A stretch of DNA of 64,000 nt, taken from contig JAFGVE010000017.1 in assembly GCA_016938175.1 (NCBI GenBank), positions 344 through 64,343 on the forward strand. The letters run 5' to 3'. The translations under genes and the position numbers were made by a program. Of this stretch, positions 9,999-20,201 are shown piece after piece (the stretch's first letter is position 1; every line of letters begins with the position of its first letter). The notes under the pieces are model-generated. The model did no database searches and was not told where the DNA came from. It saw only the letters and a program-made list of their open reading frames with translations. The DNA comes from Campylobacterales bacterium. GTDB taxonomy: Bacteria > Campylobacterota > Campylobacteria > Campylobacterales > Sulfurimonadaceae.

Positions 9999-12272
9999 AT
10001 GTCAAAAAAAAGCTATATAGTTGGCTTTCCTAGGATTGGAGAGCAGAGAGAATTAAAAAGAGTGCTTGAGCAATACTGGGCACAAGAGTGTTCATTTGAT
10101 GATGTTATGAATATTGCAAAAAATCTTCGAAAAAGACACTGGAACTACCAAAAAGAAGCGGGTATAGCATACATAAGTTCAAATGATTTTTCACTCTATG
10201 ACAATATGTTAGATACAGCCATTATGCTCGGAGCGATTCCAAAAAGATTTAGAGGGCTTCAAGAGCAAGAGCTCTATTTTACAATGGCAAGAGGCAATCA
10301 AAACTTGGTCGCTATGGAGATGACAAAATGGTTTAATACAAACTATCACTATATAGTTCCGGAACTCTCATTAGAAGATGAGTATAAACTCAATACTACA
10401 AAACTTATAAACGAGTACAAAGAGGCCAAAGAATACGGTATTAAGACCAAGATAAACCTGATTGGACCGCTTACATTTTTGGGACTAAGCAAAAGAGTGG
10501 ATAATGGTGATGTATATGAGCTTTATGGAAAAATTTTTCCTCTTTATGAGGAGTTAATCAAGCAGATTGCGACATTTGATGAGAATATTACTTTACAAAT
10601 CGAAGAACCAATCTTTGTGAAAGATAACGATGCAAAACTTTTAAGTCTTATAAAACTAAGCTATGAAAAACTCTCTACACTTTCTAAAAACGTAGCTATA
10701 GTTGTCTCTACATATTTTGAACATTCAAATGAAGCAACAAAAATTTTACTCCATACACCAATATGGGGAATTGCTTTGGACTTTATACACGGAAGTAAAA
10801 ATTTAGACCTCTTAGAAGAGATAGCTCAAAGTAACAAAATTCTTATTGCTGGTGTAATTGATGGTAGAAATATCTGGAAGAGTGATTTGTATGCAGCGCA
10901 AGAACTACTGACTACAATAGCTCAATCTATAACTAAAGAACGTATTATTATAAGCTCATCATGCTCACTTCTACATGTCCCTTTTACACTCGAATATGAA
11001 AATAGAATGAATGATGAAATTAAAAACTGGCTTGCATATGCAAAAGAAAAACTTCAAGAACTCTCTTTACTCAGTAAAATATTTTTTAATGAAGCTCTGA
11101 CTACAGAAGAAAAAGAAGCTCTCAAAAATAATACAATAGCACAAGAAACACGAACTACATCGCATCGCATTCACGATCCAAAAGTACAAGAACGTACTAA
11201 AAATATACAAAAGCATCAAAGAGAAGGTATATATACAGAGCGCATACATGTACAAAAAAAACTTCTCAACTATAAAGAGCTTGCAACAACGACTATAGGC
11301 TCCTTTCCGCAAACTCCAGAAATAAGAAAAGTTCGTAAAGATTTTCAAAATGGTTTTATCAATGAACACAACTATGACGAAGAGATTAAACGCTACATTC
11401 GAGAGTGCATAACCCTTCAAGAAGAGTGTGGCATAGAAGTTTTAGTTCATGGTGAACCTGAACGTAATGATATGGTTGAGTATTTTGCCGAACAACTTCA
11501 AGGCTATGGTTTTTCGCAAAATGGTTGGGTACAAAGTTATGGAAGCCGTTGTGTAAAACCTCCTTTTATCTACGGAGATATCTCTCGTGCATATCCAATG
11601 ACACTCAAATGGAGTACTTATGCACAAAGCCAAACCAAGTCTATCATGAAAGGTATGTTGACTGGACCGGTTACTATACTCAACTGGTCATTTGTCAGAG
11701 ATGATATAAAACGTAGTGAAGTTTCTCAGCAAATTGCTCTTGCAATTAGTGATGAAGTTGATGATTTACAAAAAGCTGGGATTCAAATTATTCAAGTTGA
11801 TGAAGCCGCTTTTAAAGAGGGCTATCCACTTCGAAAAGAGAATATTTCTCATTATGAATCATGGGCAGTAAGAGACTTCAAACTTGCTGTAAGCAGTGCA
11901 TGGCCACAAACACAAATACATACACATATGTGCTATAGCCAATTTAACGACATAATTAAAACTATAGAAAATATGGATGCAGATGTCATCTCAATAGAGA
12001 CTGCAAGAAGTGGTAATAAGCTTCTAAAAATTTTTAAAGAAGTTGGCTATAAACAAGAAGTGGGTCCAGGAGTTTACGACATACACTCTCCAAGAGTTCC
12101 TTCAGTAGAAGAGATTGTAAAACAGATTCATCTTCTTCTAGAAGTTCTTCCAAAAGAGCAGTTATGGATAAACCCAGACTGTGGATTAAAAACCCGTAAA
12201 TTTTTAGAGGTAAAACAGAGTCTTAGCAATATGGTTCAAGCCGTAAATGTAGTTCGTAATGAACTAAAATAA
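9999..12272 (+). CDS. metE: cobalamin-independent methionine synthase (5-methyltetrahydropteroyltriglutamate--homocysteine methyltransferase)
   Basis: 757 aa two-domain MetE: N-terminus VGFPRIGEQRELK, C-terminal TTIGSFPQT, HMCYS, INPDCGLKTR zinc-site pattern. Confidence 0.95.
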   Translation: MSKKSYIVGFPRIGEQRELKRVLEQYWAQECSFDDVMNIAKNLRKRHWNYQKEAGIAYISSNDFSLYDNMLDTAIMLGAIPKRFRGLQEQELYFTMARGNQNLVAMEMTKWFNTNYHYIVPELSLEDEYKLNTTKLINEYKEAKEYGIKTKINLIGPLTFLGLSKRVDNGDVYELYGKIFPLYEELIKQIATFDENITLQIEEPIFVKDNDAKLLSLIKLSYEKLSTLSKNVAIVVSTYFEHSNEATKILLHTPIWGIALDFIHGSKNLDLLEEIAQSNKILIAGVIDGRNIWKSDLYAAQELLTTIAQSITKERIIISSSCSLLHVPFTLEYENRMNDEIKNWLAYAKEKLQELSLLSKIFFNEALTTEEKEALKNNTIAQETRTTSHRIHDPKVQERTKNIQKHQREGIYTERIHVQKKLLNYKELATTTIGSFPQTPEIRKVRKDFQNGFINEHNYDEEIKRYIRECITLQEECGIEVLVHGEPERNDMVEYFAEQLQGYGFSQNGWVQSYGSRCVKPPFIYGDISRAYPMTLKWSTYAQSQTKSIMKGMLTGPVTILNWSFVRDDIKRSEVSQQIALAISDEVDDLQKAGIQIIQVDEAAFKEGYPLRKENISHYESWAVRDFKLAVSSAWPQTQIHTHMCYSQFNDIIKTIENMDADVISIETARSGNKLLKIFKEVGYKQEVGPGVYDIHSPRVPSVEEIVKQIHLLLEVLPKEQLWINPDCGLKTRKFLEVKQSLSNMVQAVNVVRNELK

Positions 12273-12380
12273 AAAGTTGTTGGAAAATATGTAACACAAA
12301 AAGAAACATATATACCTCTCAAGGGAGAATAAAAAAAGTTTTATATTTATTCTGTAGAATTATAAGAAAGGCTTCTACAA

Positions 12381-14501
12381 ATGCGTATAAACTTTCTCCC
12401 TCTTTTTCTCCTTTTTTCTTCTCTGCAGGCATTCACAACTTCACTATTGGCAAATGAGACTGTTATAAATTCTGAAGATGAACTCACCTTATATTTAGCC
12501 GTATTCGGACTAGCTTTAATTGCTATTTTTGCACTGTATCTCTCATCTAGAAAAATATCCCAACTCCAAGAAGAGAAAAGAAATAAAGAACAGGCTATGC
12601 TCGAAGAACACGAAAAGCAGGATGCACTCATATCAAAAATTGGGGAAAATATTTACGACATTGCAAAAGATAGTGCAACGAATTCGCATATTACAAAATC
12701 TGAAAACCAACTTCTTGCCATAACAACGAACCTTATAGATTTTTTACGTATCAAATCGCATAAAGTGGTCATTGACAAACAGCCCTTAAAACTCTCAAAT
12801 CTCTTAAATGACGTCTCTGGAACACTGAAGACAAACGTGAGAGGACGAGAGTTTGAACTTATTTACGACATAGAAAAAAATCTTGAAAAAGAGATAGTCT
12901 CAGATACGCTCAATTTAAGTAAAGTTCTCATAAATATTCTTCTATATTGTGTTGAAAACAGTGCAAAAGAGCTGCTTTTAACTATTGGAAAAAGCTCTTT
13001 AAGTGCAAAAGATGACAGACTCTCTTTTACACTCAGTAGCGATTTAACAATCAATGTCGAAGGAGATATTGATATTTTTCGTTTTAGTTATAATGAACAG
13101 ACTGAAGAGTATGACAGTTTAGGTCTTTTTATAGCAAAAGAGCTTGCTGAACTCATGCAAGGCGACCTCATTGCAAGAAATACTGAAGACAAGAAAGTCG
13201 AATTTCTCTTTAGCATTCCCTATATTCAAGCCCAAAGAGAACCTCTCCAAGATAAATATATAATCAGCACAAAAACAAAAGCTAAAAATATCCTGCTTAT
13301 AGACTCATCAGAAGGTTCAGCAAAAGCGATAGAGTCTATACTCCTTATGTTAGGCCACGATGTCAAAAAAATTGATAAAGAACACTATACAAACTATTTT
13401 GAATATTTCGATATTTATGACCTTATTATGCTTGATGAAAAACTCTTTACAAATAAAACTGTTACTGTACTTGAAAATACAAACAGTAAAGTTTTGGCAC
13501 TTTCAAATCTTTTTGGTTTACAAGAGAGTTTTCCGAATGCGGCAATCGCCGATGCTAAAATATCTAAACCATTTACACTTTGGCAATTAACCAATGTTTT
13601 ACAACAACTCTGTTCAACACAACACGATGCATCTTCTATCATTAAGGACGGTGTAGTCAATTCAGGAAATGCGATAGTTCACAGAAACTCTTTCCAAGAC
13701 ACGAGGGACATTAGCCTCTCAAGTTTTTCTAAATTCCATGGAAAAAGTGTACTACTGGTAGAAGACAACGTAATCAATCAAAAAGTTTTTATTGGTGTTT
13801 TAAACAAGTCATCTATGAATATTGAAATAGCAAATCACGGGAAAGAAGCACTCAAACTTTTAGAAGAAAATAAAAAATACGACATTATATTTATGGATAT
13901 AAATATGCCCATAATGGATGGATATACAACAGCTATCAAAATTAGAGAACAATCCATCTATAATGATATACCGATAATAGCACTCAGTGCCCTTACTTCT
14001 AGTGATGAAGTGGCAAAAATGTTTAGCTCAGGTATGAATGGCTATATGTCTAAACCACTGCAAAAAGAGAAACTCTACACAGCACTTTCACTCTTTGTAG
14101 AACATGCCCTCAAAAAATCTGATGAATCTGTGAACGAAGAGTCTCCAAAACTTCAATACCCTGGACTCAATATTTCTATAGGTATCGCAAAATCAAGTGC
14201 AAATGAAGTTTTTTATAAAGAAATTTTAACAGAGTTCCTTGATGCTTACGGCGATACAGACAAAATTTTTGAAAAACTAATGCAAGACTTCAGATATGAA
14301 CAGTTACGTATACTTTGTACAGACATTAGAGGTTTAACAGGAACAATTGGTGCCGAAAAGCTCAATGTTGTGGTGACAGATATGCTGAAAAAACTCTCCT
14401 ATAAGAAGTATGATTTCATTCCGGAGCTTGTAAAAAAATACAGTATAGAACTGCAACTTATCAATGGTTCTATTAGACAATATCTAAGTACATCAGAATA
14501 A
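12381..14501 (+). CDS. membrane-anchored hybrid sensor-like protein (HisKA/HATPase-like, two receiver domains, HPt-like C-terminus)
   Basis: Signal/TM N-terminus and a kinase-like core (NLIDFLRIKSHKVVIDKQPLKLSNLLNDV; SLGLFIAKELAELMQGDL). A REC domain has LLVEDN, IIFMDINMP, ALSA, SKP. An upstream REC-like module has LLIDSS, IMLDEKL, SKP. The C-terminus is an HPt-like helix bundle. Confidence 0.8.
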   Translation: MRINFLPLFLLFSSLQAFTTSLLANETVINSEDELTLYLAVFGLALIAIFALYLSSRKISQLQEEKRNKEQAMLEEHEKQDALISKIGENIYDIAKDSATNSHITKSENQLLAITTNLIDFLRIKSHKVVIDKQPLKLSNLLNDVSGTLKTNVRGREFELIYDIEKNLEKEIVSDTLNLSKVLINILLYCVENSAKELLLTIGKSSLSAKDDRLSFTLSSDLTINVEGDIDIFRFSYNEQTEEYDSLGLFIAKELAELMQGDLIARNTEDKKVEFLFSIPYIQAQREPLQDKYIISTKTKAKNILLIDSSEGSAKAIESILLMLGHDVKKIDKEHYTNYFEYFDIYDLIMLDEKLFTNKTVTVLENTNSKVLALSNLFGLQESFPNAAIADAKISKPFTLWQLTNVLQQLCSTQHDASSIIKDGVVNSGNAIVHRNSFQDTRDISLSSFSKFHGKSVLLVEDNVINQKVFIGVLNKSSMNIEIANHGKEALKLLEENKKYDIIFMDINMPIMDGYTTAIKIREQSIYNDIPIIALSALTSSDEVAKMFSSGMNGYMSKPLQKEKLYTALSLFVEHALKKSDESVNEESPKLQYPGLNISIGIAKSSANEVFYKEILTEFLDAYGDTDKIFEKLMQDFRYEQLRILCTDIRGLTGTIGAEKLNVVVTDMLKKLSYKKYDFIPELVKKYSIELQLINGSIRQYLSTSE

Positions 14502-14555
14502 TATTATCTCTTTTTGAGTATAATCGCCTTAATTATAATGAAGGACAGCTAGAAA

Positions 14556-15803
14556 ATGAGCTTTTTAAAAGAGTATGACAGTGAAATATTTGAGTTATGT
14601 GAGAAAGAGTTAGAGCGTCAAACAGACCACCTCGAGATGATTGCATCTGAAAACTTTACACTTCCTGCAGTTATGGAGGCAATGGGTTCTGTTTTTACAA
14701 ACAAATATGCTGAGGGTTACCCACAAAAACGCTACTACGGTGGATGTGAGTTTGCTGACCAAGTTGAACAACTTGCTATTGATAGAGCATGTGAACTCTT
14801 TGGTTGTAAATTTGCAAACGTGCAGCCTCACTCTGGAAGCCAGGCAAACGGTGCAGTATACGCAGCACTTTTAAAAGCTGGTGATAAAATTCTTGGTATG
14901 GATTTAAGCCATGGTGGACACCTTACTCATGGTTCTAAGCCAAGTTTTTCTGGACAAAACTACTCACCATTTTACTATGGTGTAGAGCTTGACGGTCGCA
15001 TAAACTATGACAAAGTTATGGAAATTGCACAAATTGTAAAACCAAAAATCATTGTATGTGGTGCTTCGGCTTATGCTCGTGAAATCGACTTCAAAAAATT
15101 CCGTGAAATTGCTGATTCAGTTGGTGCAATTTTATTTGCTGATATCGCTCATATCGCTGGTTTAGTTGCAGCAGGTGAGCATCCTAGTCCATTCCCATAT
15201 GCTGACGTTGTAACAACAACTACACACAAAACTCTTGCTGGTCCTCGTGGTGGTATGATTATGACTAACGATGAAGAGCTTGCAAAAAAACTAAACTCTG
15301 CAATTTTCCCTGCGCTTCAAGGTGGACCACTGGTACATGTTATAGCTGCAAAAGCGGTTGGTTTTAAACACAACCTTTCACCTGAATGGAAAGAGTATGC
15401 AAAACAAGTAAAAGCAAATGCCAAAGTTCTTGGTGAAGTTATGATGAAACGTGGTTACGATGTAGTTTCAGGCGGAACTGACAACCACCTTATTCTTGTA
15501 TCATTCGTAGGCAAAGAAATTTCTGGGAAAGATGCAGATGCCGCTCTTGGTAACGCAGGTATCACAATCAATAAAAACACTGTTCCAGGTGAAACGAGAA
15601 GCCCTTTTGTAACATCAGGTATCCGTGTTGGTTCAGCAGCTCTTACAAGTCGTGGTATGAAAGAAAAAGAGTTTGAATTTATTGCAAACAAAATGGCTGA
15701 TGTTTTAGATGATATTAACAACACAGAGCTACAAGCTTCTATAAAAGAAGAGATGAAAGCTCTTGCGCAAAACTTTGTAATCTATAACCAAGCAACATAC
15801 TAA
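14556..15803 (+). CDS. glyA: serine hydroxymethyltransferase
   Basis: Full-length SHMT with the PLP-lysine motif [14 protein letters not shown]. Confidence 0.97.
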   Translation: MSFLKEYDSEIFELCEKELERQTDHLEMIASENFTLPAVMEAMGSVFTNKYAEGYPQKRYYGGCEFADQVEQLAIDRACELFGCKFANVQPHSGSQANGAVYAALLKAGDKILGMDLSHGGHLTHGSKPSFSGQNYSPFYYGVELDGRINYDKVMEIAQIVKPKIIVCGASAYAREIDFKKFREIADSVGAILFADIAHIAGLVAAGEHPSPFPYADVVTTTTHKTLAGPRGGMIMTNDEELAKKLNSAIFPALQGGPLVHVIAAKAVGFKHNLSPEWKEYAKQVKANAKVLGEVMMKRGYDVVSGGTDNHLILVSFVGKEISGKDADAALGNAGITINKNTVPGETRSPFVTSGIRVGSAALTSRGMKEKEFEFIANKMADVLDDINNTELQASIKEEMKALAQNFVIYNQATY

Positions 15804-15827
15804 AACGACAAAAAGAGAGCACTTATA

Positions 15828-16370
15828 ATGACTTCTATGGATCTTAAATTAATTAAAATGATCACTGATCACTACTGGATTAAAAGAGATACCGTAGTTG
15901 ACAAACTAAATTTTAAAGGGCGTACTTTTTACAATAAATTTGAAAAAGTAGATGCTCCACTCTCACAAGCTGTTATAAACCAGCATCTCAAAGGTGAAAT
16001 TACCATTGCCCACTCACTTGTTAACAAGCATAATAAAGTAGAAAATATCGTTATTGACTACAATGGTAGAGACCCTGAACGTTTCTACCACAAAGCACAA
16101 CTTCTTCTTCGTGAAGAGGGATATATAAACTTTACTGCATATAAAACAAAAACAGAGGGACACCTTCACGTTTATATACATAAAGGGCATACAACACTTC
16201 CTGAAGCGATACAACTAGGAAAGATGCTCTCTATGAAATTAGCTGCGAAACAGCCAAAACAGTGGAGAATGTTTCCTAACAACGATATGCCTGATGAGTA
16301 TAATATACTTACTGTACCTTATGAAGTCTATGCAAAAGAGCGTGGTGCTTCTTGGTCGAAACATATGTAA
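15828..16370 (+). CDS. conserved epsilonproteobacterial protein found downstream of glyA (DUF1882-type, family name from memory)
   Basis: 180-aa ORF 25 nt after glyA, the same position as Cj0403/HP0184-type genes. No enzymatic motif is confidently recognised. Confidence 0.7.
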   Translation: MTSMDLKLIKMITDHYWIKRDTVVDKLNFKGRTFYNKFEKVDAPLSQAVINQHLKGEITIAHSLVNKHNKVENIVIDYNGRDPERFYHKAQLLLREEGYINFTAYKTKTEGHLHVYIHKGHTTLPEAIQLGKMLSMKLAAKQPKQWRMFPNNDMPDEYNILTVPYEVYAKERGASWSKHM

Positions 16371-16453
16371 GGTAATAGACTCACAAACTTATAAACTCTT
16401 GCCAAGCATACAGATTTTAGATATGATTTACAATAAAAATCAAGGGATAGACT

Positions 16454-17098
16454 ATGAATGAAAATAACGAACTCAACGATATTATACTCAACAAAAGCTC
16501 CTCAGCGAACTCAAACAAAAAGATAATCTTAGCAGTTGCTACGCTGGGTGTTATCCTCATTATTGTCGTTATGCTAATGAACTCTCTTAGTTCAACTGGT
16601 ACAGATAACCTTCCAAAAGCAGTTCTTCCGCCACAACCACAGACACAGACTACTAATGATACTACTCAAGAACCTCTTTTTGAAGAGATTGAAGTAACAG
16701 AAGAGCCTGAAAGTACAAATGCAAATCTTGAAGAGATTGCACAAAAGCTTAAAGAAGAGAGTGTAGTTGAAGAGGAAGAAGCGATAGTTCCACCTGTTGT
16801 TGAGACACCAAAAGTTGTTGAAGCTCCTGTACAAAAAGCTGCTCCAAAACCGAGTGTAGCTCCAAAATCAACTTCTCAAATCACATACTACATACAAGTT
16901 GGATCTTTTTCAAAATATGAACCAAATAAAAAGTTTCTCAACTCTATTTCATCTCTTGGTTTTAACTACAAATACCACAAGGTTGGTGCATTAAACAAAG
17001 TGCTTGTAGGACCTTTTGCTACAGAAAAAGCTGCAAAAGATGCAAGACGTGTCCTTCGTGCAAAAGTTGAGCCGGGTGCATTTTTAGTAAGATTATAA
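16454..17098 (+). CDS. SPOR domain-containing membrane protein (septal peptidoglycan binding)
   Basis: N-terminal TM segment, a Pro/Glu/Val-rich linker, and a C-terminal SPOR pattern YYIQVGSFS...LVGPFATEKAAKDARRVL. Confidence 0.8.
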   Translation: MNENNELNDIILNKSSSANSNKKIILAVATLGVILIIVVMLMNSLSSTGTDNLPKAVLPPQPQTQTTNDTTQEPLFEEIEVTEEPESTNANLEEIAQKLKEESVVEEEEAIVPPVVETPKVVEAPVQKAAPKPSVAPKSTSQITYYIQVGSFSKYEPNKKFLNSISSLGFNYKYHKVGALNKVLVGPFATEKAAKDARRVLRAKVEPGAFLVRL

Positions 17099-17113
17099 TT
17101 TTTAAGGCAACAC

Positions 17114-18523
17114 TTGATTTACTCGAAACAATTTACCCTTGACCAATTTGCACCTATTGCGGTGTACGCAAAACTAAAAGATATGTTCTCTTCTGAAATA
17201 ACATATCTTTTTGAGAGTGCAGGCAATAGTGAAGGAAACTACAGTTTTATATGTATAGGTGCACGTGAGCGTCTTCAATATATAAATGGACAAACACTCT
17301 ATACCGATGCAAAAGGTAAAGAACACCACAAAAAAGAGAACCCTTTTACTTTTTTAAAAAAATACTATAAAGATACAGAAACATCTCTCTATAAACAAGC
17401 GACAAAAGAGCTTAAAATAGGATACGTTGATGGTTTTATAGGTTATATCGGCTATGATATGGTTAAAGTGTTTGAACCAAAACTCTCTTCTAGCATGAAC
17501 AATCTCATAGATGAGCTAAACACTCCAGACTTAGACTTAATCCTTCCAAAAATGGTTTTAGTTTACTCACATAAAAACCATCAAATAACACTTGTCACAA
17601 CTCTTAAAGAGTTTGATGCAAAATTTGAAGAGATTCATAATGAGCTCAAAGGTACTTATCACTACAAACATAAAATTATGAATGTAGGTAATGATAAAGG
17701 AAGTTTTGCACACTCTAAAGAGCGCTTTTTTGAAATGATTGATAAATCAAAAGAGATGATACGTAGTGGTGACGTTTTTCAAATTCTAATGACAAACCGT
17801 TTTACACGTAACATTAAAGTAGATCCTTTTAGCTTTTATAGAATTTTACGTGCAAAAAACCCCTCTCCTTATATGTTTTTAATGGAGTACGAAGATTTTA
17901 GTATAGTAGGTTCATCTCCTGAAGTTATGGTACGTCTAAATGAAGGTGAACTTCTTCTTCGTCCAATTGCCGGTACTAGAAAACGTGGTGCTACAAAACA
18001 AAGAGATATAGAGCTTGAAAAAGAGTTACTTGCAGACCCTAAAGAGTTAGCAGAACATCTTATGCTTATAGACCTAGGGCGAAATGACGTCGGACGTGTT
18101 GCAAAAACTGGAACTGTAAAAGTTGAAGATATGATGCATATTGAACGTTTTTCACATGTTATGCATATTGTCTCAGATGTGACAGCGGAGTTAGCTGACG
18201 ATAAGGATATGTTTGACTTGTTTATGGCTACGTTTACAGCAGGAACTATGACTGGAGCACCAAAAATACGTGCTATGGAACTTATTGCAGAGTATGAAGG
18301 CTTAAAACGTGGCTTTTATAGTGGTAGTATTGGCTACTTTGGCTTTGATGGTAACATGGATAGTGCCATTACCATTAGAACAGCAATGGTCAAAGAAGAC
18401 AAAGTTGTTCTTCAAGCAGGTGCGGGTGTTGTAGCGGATAGTAAAAATGAACTCGAGTATCTCGAAGTTGAAAATAAACTAGGCGCTCTTATTCACTCAT
18501 TAGAAGACCTCGATCCACAATAG
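17114..18523 (+). CDS. chorismate-utilising enzyme, anthranilate synthase component I family (TrpE-like; PabB not excluded)
   Basis: Contains SGDVFQILMTNRF, NPSPYMF, LRPIAGTRKRG (TrpE-type PIAGT), DLGRNDVGRV, GAPKIRAMELI and GYFGFDGNMDSAITIRT. TTG start. Confidence 0.8.
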   Translation: MIYSKQFTLDQFAPIAVYAKLKDMFSSEITYLFESAGNSEGNYSFICIGARERLQYINGQTLYTDAKGKEHHKKENPFTFLKKYYKDTETSLYKQATKELKIGYVDGFIGYIGYDMVKVFEPKLSSSMNNLIDELNTPDLDLILPKMVLVYSHKNHQITLVTTLKEFDAKFEEIHNELKGTYHYKHKIMNVGNDKGSFAHSKERFFEMIDKSKEMIRSGDVFQILMTNRFTRNIKVDPFSFYRILRAKNPSPYMFLMEYEDFSIVGSSPEVMVRLNEGELLLRPIAGTRKRGATKQRDIELEKELLADPKELAEHLMLIDLGRNDVGRVAKTGTVKVEDMMHIERFSHVMHIVSDVTAELADDKDMFDLFMATFTAGTMTGAPKIRAMELIAEYEGLKRGFYSGSIGYFGFDGNMDSAITIRTAMVKEDKVVLQAGAGVVADSKNELEYLEVENKLGALIHSLEDLDPQ

Positions 18524-18539
18524 CAGTAAAGACTTTTTC

Positions 18540-19334
18540 TTGAAAAAACTTTGTACTATCTTCGGTAATCCTGTTTCTCATTCTCGTTCTCCACTTATGC
18601 ACAACGCAGTTTTTAAAAAACTGCACTATTCTGCTTGTTATACACGGACACACTTGGATGATGGAACAAAACTCAAAGAGACTTTTTTTGCTCTTGGTTT
18701 AAGTGGTGCCAATGTAACTGTTCCACATAAAGAAGCAGCCTTTGCTGCTTGTGATGAAGTACGTGGGTTTGCTAAAGAGATAGGTGTTGTTAATACACTT
18801 GTAAATGAAAATGGCAAGCTTATTGGCTATAACACAGATGCAGATGGTTTTATGTATGCCATCAGTGAGTTTACTAATCTACAAAATATCCTCATAATTG
18901 GAGCTGGTGGTACAGCAAAAGCACTCGCTGCTAAGTTTTTACAAGAGGGACTCTCTGTAACTGTACTCAATCGTAGTGAAGGAAGATTAGAGTACTTCAA
19001 GTCTCTTGGAACAAAGTGTTTTGACTGGAAGAATTTTAAACTTGAAAAATATGACCTTGTTGTAAATACAACAAGTGCTGGACTCAAAGATGAAGAGCTT
19101 CCAGCACCTCAAGAGATGATAGAACAGATCCTTGAAAATAGTCGTTACGTAGCAGATGCAATCTATGGAAAACTCACACCTTTTTTACAACTTGCACAAC
19201 AAAAAGGTCTACACTACAAAGATGGTGCAGATATGCTTCTTGGACAAGGTGTTTTAGCCAATGAATACTTTACAGACTTCCAACTCAACAAAGAGGATAT
19301 TAAAAGAGCAATGCAACAGAGTTTTGCACTCTAA
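18540..19334 (+). CDS. aroE: shikimate dehydrogenase
   Basis: Contains GNPVSHSRSPLMHN, NVTVPHK, NTLV, GYNTD and IIGAGGTAKA. TTG start. Confidence 0.9.
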   Translation: MKKLCTIFGNPVSHSRSPLMHNAVFKKLHYSACYTRTHLDDGTKLKETFFALGLSGANVTVPHKEAAFAACDEVRGFAKEIGVVNTLVNENGKLIGYNTDADGFMYAISEFTNLQNILIIGAGGTAKALAAKFLQEGLSVTVLNRSEGRLEYFKSLGTKCFDWKNFKLEKYDLVVNTTSAGLKDEELPAPQEMIEQILENSRYVADAIYGKLTPFLQLAQQKGLHYKDGADMLLGQGVLANEYFTDFQLNKEDIKRAMQQSFAL

Positions 19335-19335
19335 A

Positions 19336-20199
19336 CTATCTTGAGAAGCTAAAGCCTATAGAGTATTTGCTAAGGTTTCTATTGTAATCTATGAGAGACT
19401 CTCCATATCCACTGAAAATTTGTACATAAAAATTTGCATCATTTATGAGTGGATATGAATATGTTGCTTCTACTGCCCCGCGAAGTGTACCAGGGTTTCC
19501 TCTTCCCATCAGTGTAAACATGTGTTCTTCAATAAAGTAAGTAAACTTTGCTTCTAAACATCCTCTATAGTCCATAATATCTGGATTATCAGAGAGATCT
19601 GAAATTGGAATAATCACCTTAAAATCACTCACAAATGAATCATGCTGTGTACGTAATTTTGCATAAAGGTAGTTAATACTTCGTGAAAAGTTTCCTAATG
19701 TTTGGTTGTTATCAAAGGTAATTCCCTCTGTATTTGGTTGACCATTTGACTCATGTTTATAACCAAGGCGTAGACTACGTAGACGCATCCACGAATCATC
19801 ATCTTCTATAGGAAACTCTACAAAAGCTTCAGGGGAGTAAAGAGATTCCCTAAACGGTGCAGAGTCTGTGTAAAGCTGCCAAAAAGCCCTCTGCGTATAT
19901 GCTAAATAGTACTTTTCATTAAGTTGAAAAATATTTTTAGTGACAGGAAGCTTGAGACTCACTTGCAGTTGTGCTTCTATATTGTTGTACTCAACTTTCG
20001 GGACACTTGATACATAAGGATCTTGGGTATAACCATAAGGTAAAATATAGTTTACCTCATGTGGTTCTAAGCCAAAATTTCCATCAAGCCAGTTTTGCAT
20101 ACTCTCTTTTGTTTTTTTATCATCAATACACTCGACATCACATAAATCATTTCCTAAAAGTACAGAAGCTACTATAACAAATAAGAAAATTTTTTTCAT
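19336..20199 (-). CDS. pldA: outer membrane phospholipase A
   Basis: Signal peptide followed by beta-barrel OMPLA motifs YTQRAFWQLY and GYKHESNGQ. Confidence 0.85.
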   Translation of the reverse strand: MKKIFLFVIVASVLLGNDLCDVECIDDKKTKESMQNWLDGNFGLEPHEVNYILPYGYTQDPYVSSVPKVEYNNIEAQLQVSLKLPVTKNIFQLNEKYYLAYTQRAFWQLYTDSAPFRESLYSPEAFVEFPIEDDDSWMRLRSLRLGYKHESNGQPNTEGITFDNNQTLGNFSRSINYLYAKLRTQHDSFVSDFKVIIPISDLSDNPDIMDYRGCLEAKFTYFIEEHMFTLMGRGNPGTLRGAVEATYSYPLINDANFYVQIFSGYGESLIDYNRNLSKYSIGFSFSR

Positions 20200-20201
20200 A
20201 T

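Noticed and set aside
12329-12356. Hairpin AGAATAAA-N12-TTTATTCT after metE as a terminator
   Set aside because: The stem is all A/T with a 12-nt loop and no following T-run, so it is too weak to report as a feature.
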